NCBI GenBank assembly: GCA_016840405.1
Contig: JAEOSK010000024.1
Span: forward strand, 1-42,448
Direction of reading: 5' to 3'
Length of the DNA: 42,448 bases
Source of the DNA: Candidatus Hermodarchaeum yapensis
Lineage (GTDB): Archaea > Asgardarchaeota > Hermodarchaeia > Hermodarchaeales > Hermodarchaeaceae
Position numbers and translations under genes: made by a program. The first letter of the stretch is position 1. Every line of letters starts with the position of its first letter. The notes under the pieces are model-generated. The model was not told the origin of the DNA. It ran no database searches and saw only the letters and a list, made by a program, of their open reading frames with translations. Shown piece by piece: positions 28,420 to 37,352 of the stretch.

Positions 28420-29358
28420 ATGTCTCCTTCCATTCCAAATTTCAATCCAAGTCGAGCTGAGGAGTATGTAGTCAATAATGAAAATCCCGAGATCAAAGAG
28501 CTCGTTAAGTTGCTCTACTTGCGTGATATCAAAGGTATCTCCATTTCAGATTCTATTTTCCTTCAGCAGCAAGAAAAGCTTCTTCCCTACCTCGAAAAGG
28601 GATTGGGACCTTGGATTCAGAGGAACAAACAACGGACATTCCTTAGCTTCCAAGAAGTTGTTGGCTTTTTTGGTAACCTGGGGCTCAATGGAACGAAGAT
28701 CCCTCAACTCGTCGATGCTGTAGATCATGCATTCTCAAAATACCCACGACGTGATGGCGCGTTTATTGCGAGTAGTGGAAAAATCCACAAATGTGGTAAT
28801 ATGGTTTTTCTTCGAGCAGCTTTATCTTTGGGCTTCAATGAAAGGGATGATGTTAAAGAAGCCTGCAGAGAATATCTTTCTTATTTCAAGGGTCGAGAGG
28901 GTGATTGTCATGTCCGAAAAGATGGAACTCCCTGTGCTTATGTCATGGTTCGAACTCTTCGGTGGCTCAACGAATTTCCTCAAGATTGGCGAGATAAAGA
29001 CTATCAAACCATTGTTAAAAACGTGCAAAACTATCTCCTTGGGTACGATTTATCAATTGCAGACTTTCCCAGAAGTAGACCTGCACCCAACAAAAATTGG
29101 TTCAAGTTTGGATATTTCCGATCCTACCAAAGTAGCATCTTTGAAGCAACAGACGCCTTAGTTCTTAGCGGTATCCAAGACCATCCGGTTCTCCAAAAAA
29201 CGTTGAACGTAATTGGTTCAAAATGCCTTAATGAAGTTACATGGAAACCTCAATACATCCAAAAACACTGGCCTCTGACAATTCTACCGCCACAACGTGG
29301 GAAGCAAGTCGGAAGCCCCTGGCTCACGCTTCGAGGTCTTCGCATAACAAAACATTAA
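28420..29358 (+). CDS. Hypothetical protein, possible alpha/alpha-barrel (prenyltransferase/terpene cyclase-like) family
   Basis: WFKFGYFRSYQSSIFE and GSPWLTLRGLR resemble a widespread uncharacterised helical-barrel family. Function not assignable. Confidence 0.5.
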   Translation: MSPSIPNFNPSRAEEYVVNNENPEIKELVKLLYLRDIKGISISDSIFLQQQEKLLPYLEKGLGPWIQRNKQRTFLSFQEVVGFFGNLGLNGTKIPQLVDAVDHAFSKYPRRDGAFIASSGKIHKCGNMVFLRAALSLGFNERDDVKEACREYLSYFKGREGDCHVRKDGTPCAYVMVRTLRWLNEFPQDWRDKDYQTIVKNVQNYLLGYDLSIADFPRSRPAPNKNWFKFGYFRSYQSSIFEATDALVLSGIQDHPVLQKTLNVIGSKCLNEVTWKPQYIQKHWPLTILPPQRGKQVGSPWLTLRGLRITKH

Positions 29359-29366
29359 GTAAAATC

Positions 29367-30695
29367 TTATTTCTTAGCCGGAAAGTCTCGTAAAACATCA
29401 TCTAGTGTGGGTTTACCAATTTCTTGTAGCTCATACTGCACTCGAACTATAGGTTTGTTTATTTTGACGACGCGTGTTAAATCAATGGGTGTACCAATCA
29501 CTACGACATCTGCTTCAGCATCGTTAATGGTTTTCTCCAATTCTTTGACTTGTTCGTCGCCATATCCCATTGCCGGAAGAATCTCACTCAAATGATCGAA
29601 CTTTTCAAAGGTTTCCTTTATTGAGCCGACGGCGTAGGGTCGGGGGTCAATTATCTCGGCAGCTCCATACTTTTGGGCTGCAACCCATCCAGCCCCAATA
29701 TCCATCTCGCCATGTGTTAAAGTGGGGCCGTCTTCGATAACAAGAACTCGTTTTCCTTGAATCAAAGATGGCTCATCCACGTAAAGTGGTGAAGCTGCAT
29801 CAATTATGATTGCCCGCGGATTAACCACCCGAATTGTTCGGCGAACCTGCTCCACAAATTCTGGTTCGGCTGTGTCAATCTTGTTGATAATTACCACATC
29901 TGCCATTCGGGCATTGGTTTCGCCTGGATGATACATGACTTCATGTCCGGGTCTATGTGGATCTGCGATGACGATGTGCACGTCTGCCTCATAGAATGGG
30001 AAGTCGTTGTTGCCTCCATCAAATATAATTACATCGGCTTCCTTCTCTGCCTCTTCGAGGATTTTGCCGTAATCAACACCAGCATATACGATTGCACCGC
30101 GATCAATGTGGGGTTCGTATTCTTCCATTTCCTCGATGGTTGTATCATGCTTTTCCAAATCTTCAATCGTCTCAAATCGCTGACAGACCTGTTTTGCAAG
30201 ATCACCATAAGGCATTGGATGTCGAATTACGACGACTTTCAAACCCTTATCCCGTAGTATTTGAACAACACGGCGACTGGTTTGGCTCTTACCTGATCCA
30301 GTTCGGACAGCGCAAATTGCTATCACGGGCTTCTTACTCTTGAGCAATGTTGTGTTGGGGCCCATCAGCCGGAAATCTGCACCTACTGAATGCACCCATG
30401 ATGCTAAATGCATCACATCGATATGGGCAATATCACTATATGCAAAGATTACCTGTTCCACATCATTTTCCCGAATGAGTTTGGGTAACAGTTCCTCAGG
30501 GTAAATGGGAATTCCCTTTGGGTATAGTTTCCCTGCTAGGACAGATGGGTAGCTCCGTTCTTCAATGCCTGGAATTTGCGTGGCTGTAAATGCCACGACT
30601 TCGTATTCTTCGTTGTCTCGGAAGTACACATTGAAGTTATGAAAATCGCGTCCAGCCGCGCCCATGATGATTACGCGTGTTCGTGTCATGGCCAA
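29367..30695 (-). CDS. COG2403 P-loop protein (annotated GTPase/cDPG synthetase-like); probable arginine synthetase ArcE-like
   Basis: IMGAAGRDFHNFN, FTATQIPGI, AVRTGSGKSQT, RHPMPYG, EE.EEYEPH, DGGNND, EDGPTLTHG, LPAMGY. Confidence 0.85.
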   Translation of the reverse strand: MAMTRTRVIIMGAAGRDFHNFNVYFRDNEEYEVVAFTATQIPGIEERSYPSVLAGKLYPKGIPIYPEELLPKLIRENDVEQVIFAYSDIAHIDVMHLASWVHSVGADFRLMGPNTTLLKSKKPVIAICAVRTGSGKSQTSRRVVQILRDKGLKVVVIRHPMPYGDLAKQVCQRFETIEDLEKHDTTIEEMEEYEPHIDRGAIVYAGVDYGKILEEAEKEADVIIFDGGNNDFPFYEADVHIVIADPHRPGHEVMYHPGETNARMADVVIINKIDTAEPEFVEQVRRTIRVVNPRAIIIDAASPLYVDEPSLIQGKRVLVIEDGPTLTHGEMDIGAGWVAAQKYGAAEIIDPRPYAVGSIKETFEKFDHLSEILPAMGYGDEQVKELEKTINDAEADVVVIGTPIDLTRVVKINKPIVRVQYELQEIGKPTLDDVLRDFPAKK

Positions 30696-30890
30696 TCATC
30701 CATCCAATACTGGCAGGGTAGAAGTAAATGAGTAAAAGCCTTGTGTTTCAACAGCAAGGCGAATCACATTCGAAGACTTTTTCATGAAAAAACCGGTTTT
30801 CGCCAGATTGCGAGCTCCTGAATGCCTTCATCTTAAGGAAAATCGAACTACTAACAATTAAAAGGCACCAATGAGCAGCCATCCAATTAA

Positions 30891-31077
30891 GGAGGTACTA
30901 GTATGCGGGGAAAACGTGGTGAAGGTATCCTCCTCATAGGAATACGACTACTCCGAATCCTCGTTTATTCTTTCACTGAAAGGCCAAAGCGAGGATAATC
31001 CTCTTGTTTCTGGGGTGAAGTTTTTTGGCTTGTTCGGCGCTTCATCCCAGTCGATTCTCTTTTCTTTTACCTCTTCT
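30891..31077 (+). other. Structured intergenic element: candidate ncRNA and/or 31-aa small ORF (30903-30998)
   Basis: TTAAAAG box at 30858-30864, GGAGGT RBS 6 nt before ATG 30903, hairpins 30957-30996 and 31010-31050, pyrimidine tract 31055-31077. Confidence 0.45.
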
Positions 31078-31087
31078 GATGATTGAG

Positions 31088-31101
31088 ACAAACTTTTATA
31101 A
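31088..31101 (+). promoter_or_regulatory. Putative BRE/TATA promoter of proteasome alpha gene
   Basis: ACAAAC-TTTTATAA about 40 nt upstream of ATG 31142. Confidence 0.5.
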
Positions 31102-31141
31102 CTCCACACAGTGAACGTGCTCCTACGAGAGGTTGAACTAT

Positions 31142-31852
31142 ATGATGGAAAGAAGCCTAGCTTATGACCGTGCAATTACCATTTTCAGTCCGGAAGGTCG
31201 GTTATACCAAGTCGAATACGCTCTGGAAGCCGTACGTCGAGGGAAAACCGCAATTGGTGTTAAAGCCGCAAATGGTGCTGTAATCGGTGTACACAAAGAA
31301 GCAACCTCGCCATTAATGGATTTAGATCAAATTCAGAAAATCTATGTGATTGATAAGCACATTGGGTGTGCGATTGCCGGGCTTCATGCTGATGCACGCG
31401 TTCTCGTTGATTTTTCCAGGGTACAAAGTCAGATTAATCAGATCACTTACGGTGAACCAATTGATGTCGAAGTCCTGACTAAGAAGGTTTGCGATCTGAA
31501 ACAGAACTACACACAGGTTGGTGGAATTCGACCCTTTGGAGTGTCCTTGTTAATTGGTGGTGTGGACACACAGGGACCTCAAATCTTCACTACTGATCCT
31601 TCTGGATCATATTGGAGTTGGCGAGCTACCGCTATTGGGTATAATTCAGAAGCGGCTCGTGAGTACTTGACAAAACATTACAAATCTTCAATGAAGCTAA
31701 TGCCTACCGCTGTGAAACTCTGCATTGACACACTCCGACAGGTTGTAGAAGAGAAACTTGACGAAGAAGCGATGGAAATATCGATTGTAGATACAGAAAC
31801 CCGTGAGTTCAAATCACTGACCAAAGAAGAGATTCGTGAACTTCTCGTCTAG
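31142..31852 (+). CDS. psmA: Proteasome subunit alpha
   Basis: YDRAITIFSPEGRLYQVEYA, AGLHADARVL, TQVGGIRPFGVSLLIGG, TDPSG. GAGGTTGA RBS. Confidence 0.96.
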   Translation: MMERSLAYDRAITIFSPEGRLYQVEYALEAVRRGKTAIGVKAANGAVIGVHKEATSPLMDLDQIQKIYVIDKHIGCAIAGLHADARVLVDFSRVQSQINQITYGEPIDVEVLTKKVCDLKQNYTQVGGIRPFGVSLLIGGVDTQGPQIFTTDPSGSYWSWRATAIGYNSEAAREYLTKHYKSSMKLMPTAVKLCIDTLRQVVEEKLDEEAMEISIVDTETREFKSLTKEEIRELLV

Positions 31853-31907
31853 TGCCTACAATCCCTCTTCCTAATATCTCATGGATAATGAAACCCCTCA
31901 GTGAGTT

Positions 31908-32474
31908 TCAGTCATCAAGATCCCAATCCTCGTAACTGTCAGGCTCCTCTTCCCTCTTATCTTTCTTCTTTTTACCTTTCAATTCAAGGATTTGGGGTTC
32001 TAATGACTGATCCAAGCGAAGAATGTGATCCGCTGCATTTTGCACAGCGACAGAAAATCCTGGTTCAAAACCGATAGCGAGAGTTTCTAATCCATGTTCA
32101 CGGGCTCGTCGGAGTATAGGTGCGGTTCGGGCATGGCGACTGAAGATTGCTAGGAGTTTGGTGGCGTCACCAAGAACAAGGTCCATTGAGTCTATGGCCA
32201 TATGGAGGTGGACGTCTGAAGTGGTTACAATCGGTGTAAATCCGCTATTGGAGATTGCTTCCAATAATTTCCCACTGGCTCGTTCATTTAAGTAGACTTT
32301 TGCTACACCAATTTTCCCGAGTTCACCAACCAGGCTTTTCAAATCGTCTAACCGAACTTCGAATTCACGTCGGAGTACATTAGGACCATCAATCAAAAAA
32401 GCGACCCGCCCAGACCGCCGAAGTCCAGTAACAAGGCGCACAAGACCCTTGATTCGACCTAACCGGGAGGACAT
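31908..32474 (-). CDS. NYN domain protein (TIGR00288/LabA-like), degenerate active site
   Basis: FLIDGPNVLRREF, AKVYLN, GFTP, G.EPGFS.A.QNAAD. Confidence 0.8.
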   Translation of the reverse strand: MSSRLGRIKGLVRLVTGLRRSGRVAFLIDGPNVLRREFEVRLDDLKSLVGELGKIGVAKVYLNERASGKLLEAISNSGFTPIVTTSDVHLHMAIDSMDLVLGDATKLLAIFSRHARTAPILRRAREHGLETLAIGFEPGFSVAVQNAADHILRLDQSLEPQILELKGKKKKDKREEEPDSYEDWDLDD

Positions 32475-32589
32475 CTAGATTTTCACATGCTAACGGATTT
32501 ATTTTTTATAAAGGGAGGAAGATTGTTCTTTCCTCAATCGTTAGTGTTTACACTTAATTCTTTTCATAAGGAACGGAAAGTTTAAGCGC

Positions 32590-33306
32590 ATGGCTTTGTT
32601 GTATGCAAAATCGGGGACACTCACTTTGAAGCAAGTTATCGAACAAGAAAAAGCATGGGAAATGATTCGTGGAGCCAAGAGCGCTGGTGGACAGATTGCT
32701 TCTGCCACCATCCATGTTCGAATATCAGAAAGTTCCAATGAAGTGGATTTTCAAAAAACTGTGGAATCGATTTTGTCAGAGGGTTTTAATCAGCAACGCG
32801 GACGCGCGGTCGTCGTTTGGGGAGAACAAGGTTCCGGCATTAATAACCTCGCTAATCTATGGATTCGGTATGGGACGGTTGAGGCGTCTGACATTCTCAC
32901 TACTTGCCGTAATTTAGCAGAGAAGGCCGGATTTGGAGAGACTGGGCGTCTTCGATTAACCTGTACAATCGAGTTCTCTGAGCGTAATCGCATTGTAACT
33001 CTGCATGATCTAACCTATCCCGCTCGTGGTGGCGAAGCAGTGGCAGACACCCTTGCTCTTCGACCCTACAAAGCCGTAAGTCCAAAGGGAGAATATACAT
33101 TTCGAACCGTACCAGAACTGAAAGACTTTCTTCAAAAAGTCAAAGATGCTGAAACCCACAAATTTGATGGTGCAACAGGCAAGTGGGTCCGATGGGTTGA
33201 AGTAGAGCAATTAGAGGATAAACTGGTTGTGAACATTCCGAGCCAGAAGGGTTCTCGACAACTCCAAATTAACCTTGATACAGGCAAGGTCGAAGAAAAG
33301 AAATGA
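32590..33306 (+). CDS. Hypothetical protein
   Basis: 238 aa ORF filling the gap, mixed alpha/beta pattern, P-loop-like GEQGSGIN. Confidence 0.7.
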   Translation: MALLYAKSGTLTLKQVIEQEKAWEMIRGAKSAGGQIASATIHVRISESSNEVDFQKTVESILSEGFNQQRGRAVVVWGEQGSGINNLANLWIRYGTVEASDILTTCRNLAEKAGFGETGRLRLTCTIEFSERNRIVTLHDLTYPARGGEAVADTLALRPYKAVSPKGEYTFRTVPELKDFLQKVKDAETHKFDGATGKWVRWVEVEQLEDKLVVNIPSQKGSRQLQINLDTGKVEEKK

Positions 33307-33406
33307 TTCTTCACCTTCCAACCAATCGTTGAGGAGCAGGCTTTTAGCCTCAAAGTGCAATTATTTATTCCGAAAATGGTTTCATGAGCCAAAGAGGTCC
33401 CTGAAA

Positions 33407-34069
33407 ATGTCCGAAGAAGAAAAAGTCGAATTAGAAGAAGAGAAAGCGAAAGAAGAAAAACGGAACGTTGCTAAACAATTAGCCACTTCCTTTCCTAAGT
33501 TTGTCCTTAACGGTTTAATTGCGATTGCCATAGGGTTATTCTATCTCTTCATAGTGCCCCTCTTCCAACCAGTTTTGGATGCTTACCCGATTCTCGTTAT
33601 CTACACTCTTGTTCTTCCAGGAGTGATTATACTAACTGGCTATTCTATCTTAGCTATAGGAATCTTGTTAGTGATTCTGCTTTTTGGCATCGAAGCCATA
33701 ATGCAATTTGCCAGATCTGCTGACGCTTTTGCTGAATTTGTTATCAGTCGGCTCCCTGGGATGCGTTCATCGGATTCTAAACATCCAAGACGAATTCCCC
33801 TGGATTTGATTTACATTTTCTTCATTCTTGTTGTTTATGTCATCATTTCCCCAATCTTCCTTACTGGGAATTTCCCTATACCCCTCCTAGAACCATCCTT
33901 CCAGATAATTGCTGTCGCTTTTGTGCTATTCTTTGTGTTAGTCTTTGTCTATGACCTGGCCAAATCTATCCAGAAATCAGCGAAACGGGGTATTGACAGA
34001 TTTGGTGCCCGTCTCGGACGACGCTACGAAGACCGAGATGAACCAGAAAAAATTGAAACTGATTATTAA
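33407..34069 (+). CDS. Hypothetical membrane protein (4-5 TM)
   Basis: Hydrophobic segments with charged termini. ATG 33407 preceded by GAGGT. Confidence 0.75.
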   Translation: MSEEEKVELEEEKAKEEKRNVAKQLATSFPKFVLNGLIAIAIGLFYLFIVPLFQPVLDAYPILVIYTLVLPGVIILTGYSILAIGILLVILLFGIEAIMQFARSADAFAEFVISRLPGMRSSDSKHPRRIPLDLIYIFFILVVYVIISPIFLTGNFPIPLLEPSFQIIAVAFVLFFVLVFVYDLAKSIQKSAKRGIDRFGARLGRRYEDRDEPEKIETDY

Positions 34070-34081
34070 TCTCCAAAAACG

Positions 34082-34990
34082 CTAGCGTGGTGGGTTGGCT
34101 GCTGATTCTACAGCCTTAGCAGTACTTTTTTCAGCTTGTTTAGCCGGTTTGCCAGTCTTTGGAGCGGCTTTCGAAATTTCAGCTAGAATCTCAACCGTTC
34201 TTCGTAGCCCTTGGAGTCGAATCACTAAATCAGGTGCAGGATCTAAGCTCACGAGAAATCGTGTTTTCAGATTGATATCATTAGCACGTACAAAGGACCA
34301 CTGCTCCTCCAGTTCTTTGAGTTTCGGTTGAATCTCTTCAGTAAACTTAGTTTCCGAAAATTTGGGTGACTCCATGCGGATGTACCATGTGTCTGCCATG
34401 TCTTTCAGGATTTCCACCCGAAGGTGAAGCATTTCAGTTAGGAAGGTGAGCAATGGTTCAAGGGCTTCCCGCTTCACAATGTCACCATCAGGATCTAAAC
34501 TGACAAGTCTACGCCTGACATCAACAACAAAAATTCCATGACCGACACCGAAGTACCAGGTGTTGTTGAGTGCATAACCATAAACCGACTGTTTTGTGGA
34601 TTTTTCCAGATATTCTTTAAACGCTTGGAAGTTAGCGTCGGGATCATCCTTCTTGAACTGGATATACCGAAGGAAGTACTGAAGGGGGTAGCGAGGTTCA
34701 AGTGGGTGATCACGGTTGGCTCCAGATTTCAAATAGGATTGGAGCGTCCGGAGGTGCACCTGATAACAAAAGGAGGGTAAATCTGAGGTTTTTGCTCCTA
34801 GTGTGATGAGGATATTTAAGAAGACGCGGTCGGGGCACAGGGGTCGAAGGGTGCATCGCATTCGGTCACGTTGGCACTGTTTACAGGTACTTGCCATTTT
34901 GGTGAGTACTTCAGAGAGCATGAAGCGACCCATACTGGGGTTTCCTAATTCTTCCAATTGATGGAACCTGTCCCGATACTTCATGTACAA
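34082..34990 (-). CDS. Hypothetical protein with N-terminal Cys cluster
   Basis: CKQC-x6-C-x5-C plus SFCY; low-complexity K/A/P tail. Confidence 0.7.
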   Translation of the reverse strand: MYMKYRDRFHQLEELGNPSMGRFMLSEVLTKMASTCKQCQRDRMRCTLRPLCPDRVFLNILITLGAKTSDLPSFCYQVHLRTLQSYLKSGANRDHPLEPRYPLQYFLRYIQFKKDDPDANFQAFKEYLEKSTKQSVYGYALNNTWYFGVGHGIFVVDVRRRLVSLDPDGDIVKREALEPLLTFLTEMLHLRVEILKDMADTWYIRMESPKFSETKFTEEIQPKLKELEEQWSFVRANDINLKTRFLVSLDPAPDLVIRLQGLRRTVEILAEISKAAPKTGKPAKQAEKSTAKAVESAANPPR

Positions 34991-35269
34991 TGTCTGTCAC
35001 CCAGTGACCATAAAGTGCTAAATCTTAGCAGCTAGCCCTTTATTTTCTGATTAGTTCTGTTAAACTGGCTCTACAATCCCCTAAACGTTTCTAAACCTTT
35101 CGGTGCTCAAGCTAGCCAGAGATTACAATCACTTCATCATTATCTTAGGAACAAATGGATTTGGATAATGGGATGAATTTTGCGTAAGATGAGCAAAGCA
35201 TAAAAGACTTGACGCTCTCCTTCGAAGCCAGTGCGATTTAAAATCGTGACTAGTTGGGTGAACATTCCA

Positions 35270-35839
35270 ATGTCAGAACGAATTATTGATCTCCGGTTTC
35301 ACGGACGTGGAGGTCAAGGCGCTTGGACAGCTTCGATACTCCTCGCTCGGGCTGCTATCACTGAAGGCAAACACGCACAATCATTTCCTTTCTTTGGTCC
35401 CGAACGGAGTGGAGCACCGGTTGAGGCCTTTGCCCGAATTAGTGACTACGAGATTGAGTTACATAGTAAAGTTTACGAACCGGAATTTGTCGTGGTCATC
35501 GATCCCACCTTACTTGTCCAGGTCCCAGATACTATTATAGCGGGAACCAATGGAAAAACCAAGCTCATTGTCAATACTCGCGAAGATGGTGGAACCATCG
35601 CGAAACGTTTAGGATTCAAAGGTGAAGTCTGGACAGTCGCTGCCACGGATTTAGCCCGAGAAATTATTGGGCGCCCAATCGCGAACACTGCAATGTTGGG
35701 CGCCTTGGTTCGTGCCACTAAGTTGGTAAAACTGCAAAGCCTCTTCGAAGAAGTCAATAACCAATTTGGAGAACGAATTGGAGGTCGAAATGCAACAGTC
35801 ATCCAACGAGCTCATGATGAGGTAGAGAAACATGCCTAA
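35270..35839 (+). CDS. porG: Pyruvate/2-oxoacid:ferredoxin oxidoreductase gamma subunit
   Basis: [34 protein letters not shown] 35270 with GGGTGA RBS. Confidence 0.93.
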   Translation: MSERIIDLRFHGRGGQGAWTASILLARAAITEGKHAQSFPFFGPERSGAPVEAFARISDYEIELHSKVYEPEFVVVIDPTLLVQVPDTIIAGTNGKTKLIVNTREDGGTIAKRLGFKGEVWTVAATDLAREIIGRPIANTAMLGALVRATKLVKLQSLFEEVNNQFGERIGGRNATVIQRAHDEVEKHA

Positions 35840-36104
35840 GAAACTCCCTGGTTCAAAAGATATCCCCGCCGCTGGCGTCACTTGGAAGAGTGCCACCGAA
35901 TACAAGACTGGGGACTGGCGGAACAAACGACCAGTTCGTGATAAAGAAAAGTGCACCCGCTGTCTAATTTGTTGGATCTTTTGTCCTGATGCTGCTATAA
36001 GCTGGGATGGCAAAGATATTCACTTCAATCTTGATTTTTGTAAAGGCTGTGGCATCTGCGCGGAAGAGTGCCCGGTCAATTGCATCGAAATGGAGGAGGA
36101 ATAA
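35832..36104 (+). CDS. porD: 2-oxoacid:ferredoxin oxidoreductase delta subunit (2x[4Fe-4S])
   Basis: [31 protein letters not shown]. Confidence 0.95.
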   Translation: MPKKLPGSKDIPAAGVTWKSATEYKTGDWRNKRPVRDKEKCTRCLICWIFCPDAAISWDGKDIHFNLDFCKGCGICAEECPVNCIEMEEE

Positions 36105-36108
36105 ACCA

Positions 36109-37335
36109 ATGACCGTGAAACAACACTTAATGGGAATCAACGGCGACGAAGCCGTTGCTTATGCTGCCAAACATGCCCTTGTCGACGTCTGTGCAGCTTA
36201 CCCCATTACACCACAAACAATCATCGTCGAAAAATTCGCTGAATTTGTTGCCAACGGGGAAGTCGAAACTGAGTTTGTCCGGGTCGAATCAGAACACAGT
36301 GCCCTAAGTGCCTGTGTTGGAGCCGCTGCCGCTGGTGCCCGTACGTTCACAGCCAGCGCCGCCAACGGCATCGAACTCATGCACGAAGTCATCTTCCTTG
36401 CCTCATCCATCCGCATGCCCATCATCATGGCGGTCGCCGACCGTGCACCTAGTGGCCCCATCAACATCCACGGCGACTCCACCGTTTCCTTAGCTCAACG
36501 CGACACAGGCTGGATTATGATTTACTGTGAAAACTCGCAAGAAGCCTACGACGCCACGTTACAGGCGTTCCGCATCGGCGAACACCCCGATGTCCAACTC
36601 CCCGTCATGACCATGCTCGATGGATTCGTTCTCACCCACACTCTCGAAAATGTCTATCTGCTTGGTGAAAAAGACGCTCACAAATTTGTTGGGCGTCGTG
36701 AACCCATGATGATCGAAATCGACGGGAAGCCCGTTCCGTTAAAACTTGATCCTAAAACCCCCATAACCATCGGTCCCCTTCAACTCTTTGACTATTACAT
36801 GGAGACCAAACTCCAACACTCTGAAGCCATGGAACGCGCCCGCCCAGTCATCACCCAAATCAACAACGAATGGGCTCAACTTACCGGACGTAAATATGGC
36901 GACGGATACCTCCAACCTTTCAAGGTTAAAGATGCTGACGCTGTTCTCGTCACAACTGGCAGCTCTGCAGGGACCGCCCGATACGTTGCTCGACAACTTC
37001 GTGCCCAAGGCAAGAAGGTCGGGCTCCTCAAAGTCCGCACCTTCCGACCATTCCCATACAAGAAACTCGCAAAAATACTCGCCGATGTACCTGTTGTTGG
37101 TGTCTTCGAACGCACTCACATCACAGGAAGTTTTGGAGGACCTCTCTTCACAGAAGTCCGTAGCGCGCTCTACGAACAGAACACCCGTCCAGCGATTCTT
37201 GGCTATTATGGTGGTCTCGGCGGAAGGGATGTCACACCTGATGACTTTGAGGCCATGTACAAAGAGCTCCTTAAAGTCAAAACAACCGGAAAAGCACCCC
37301 GGGACCTCGTAAAGTATGTTACTGTTAGGAAGTGA
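36109..37335 (+). CDS. porA: 2-oxoacid:ferredoxin oxidoreductase alpha subunit
   Basis: AYPITPQT, VESEHSALS, PINIHGD, DGFVLTH, RTFRPFP, GLGGRD. Start ATG 36109. Confidence 0.95.
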   Translation: MTVKQHLMGINGDEAVAYAAKHALVDVCAAYPITPQTIIVEKFAEFVANGEVETEFVRVESEHSALSACVGAAAAGARTFTASAANGIELMHEVIFLASSIRMPIIMAVADRAPSGPINIHGDSTVSLAQRDTGWIMIYCENSQEAYDATLQAFRIGEHPDVQLPVMTMLDGFVLTHTLENVYLLGEKDAHKFVGRREPMMIEIDGKPVPLKLDPKTPITIGPLQLFDYYMETKLQHSEAMERARPVITQINNEWAQLTGRKYGDGYLQPFKVKDADAVLVTTGSSAGTARYVARQLRAQGKKVGLLKVRTFRPFPYKKLAKILADVPVVGVFERTHITGSFGGPLFTEVRSALYEQNTRPAILGYYGGLGGRDVTPDDFEAMYKELLKVKTTGKAPRDLVKYVTVRK

Positions 37336-37352
37336 ATTCAGGAGGAAAAAAG

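Noticed and set aside
30900-30966. Resemblance to the c-di-AMP (ydaO) riboswitch (CGGGGAA, GGUGAA, UAGG, CCGAA)
   Set aside because: The 3' GUCAGCUAAC core is missing; kept only as an unclassified structured element.
30948-31175. 75-aa minus-strand ORF in the intergenic region
   Set aside because: Overlaps the psmA start and promoter and has no protein-like motif.
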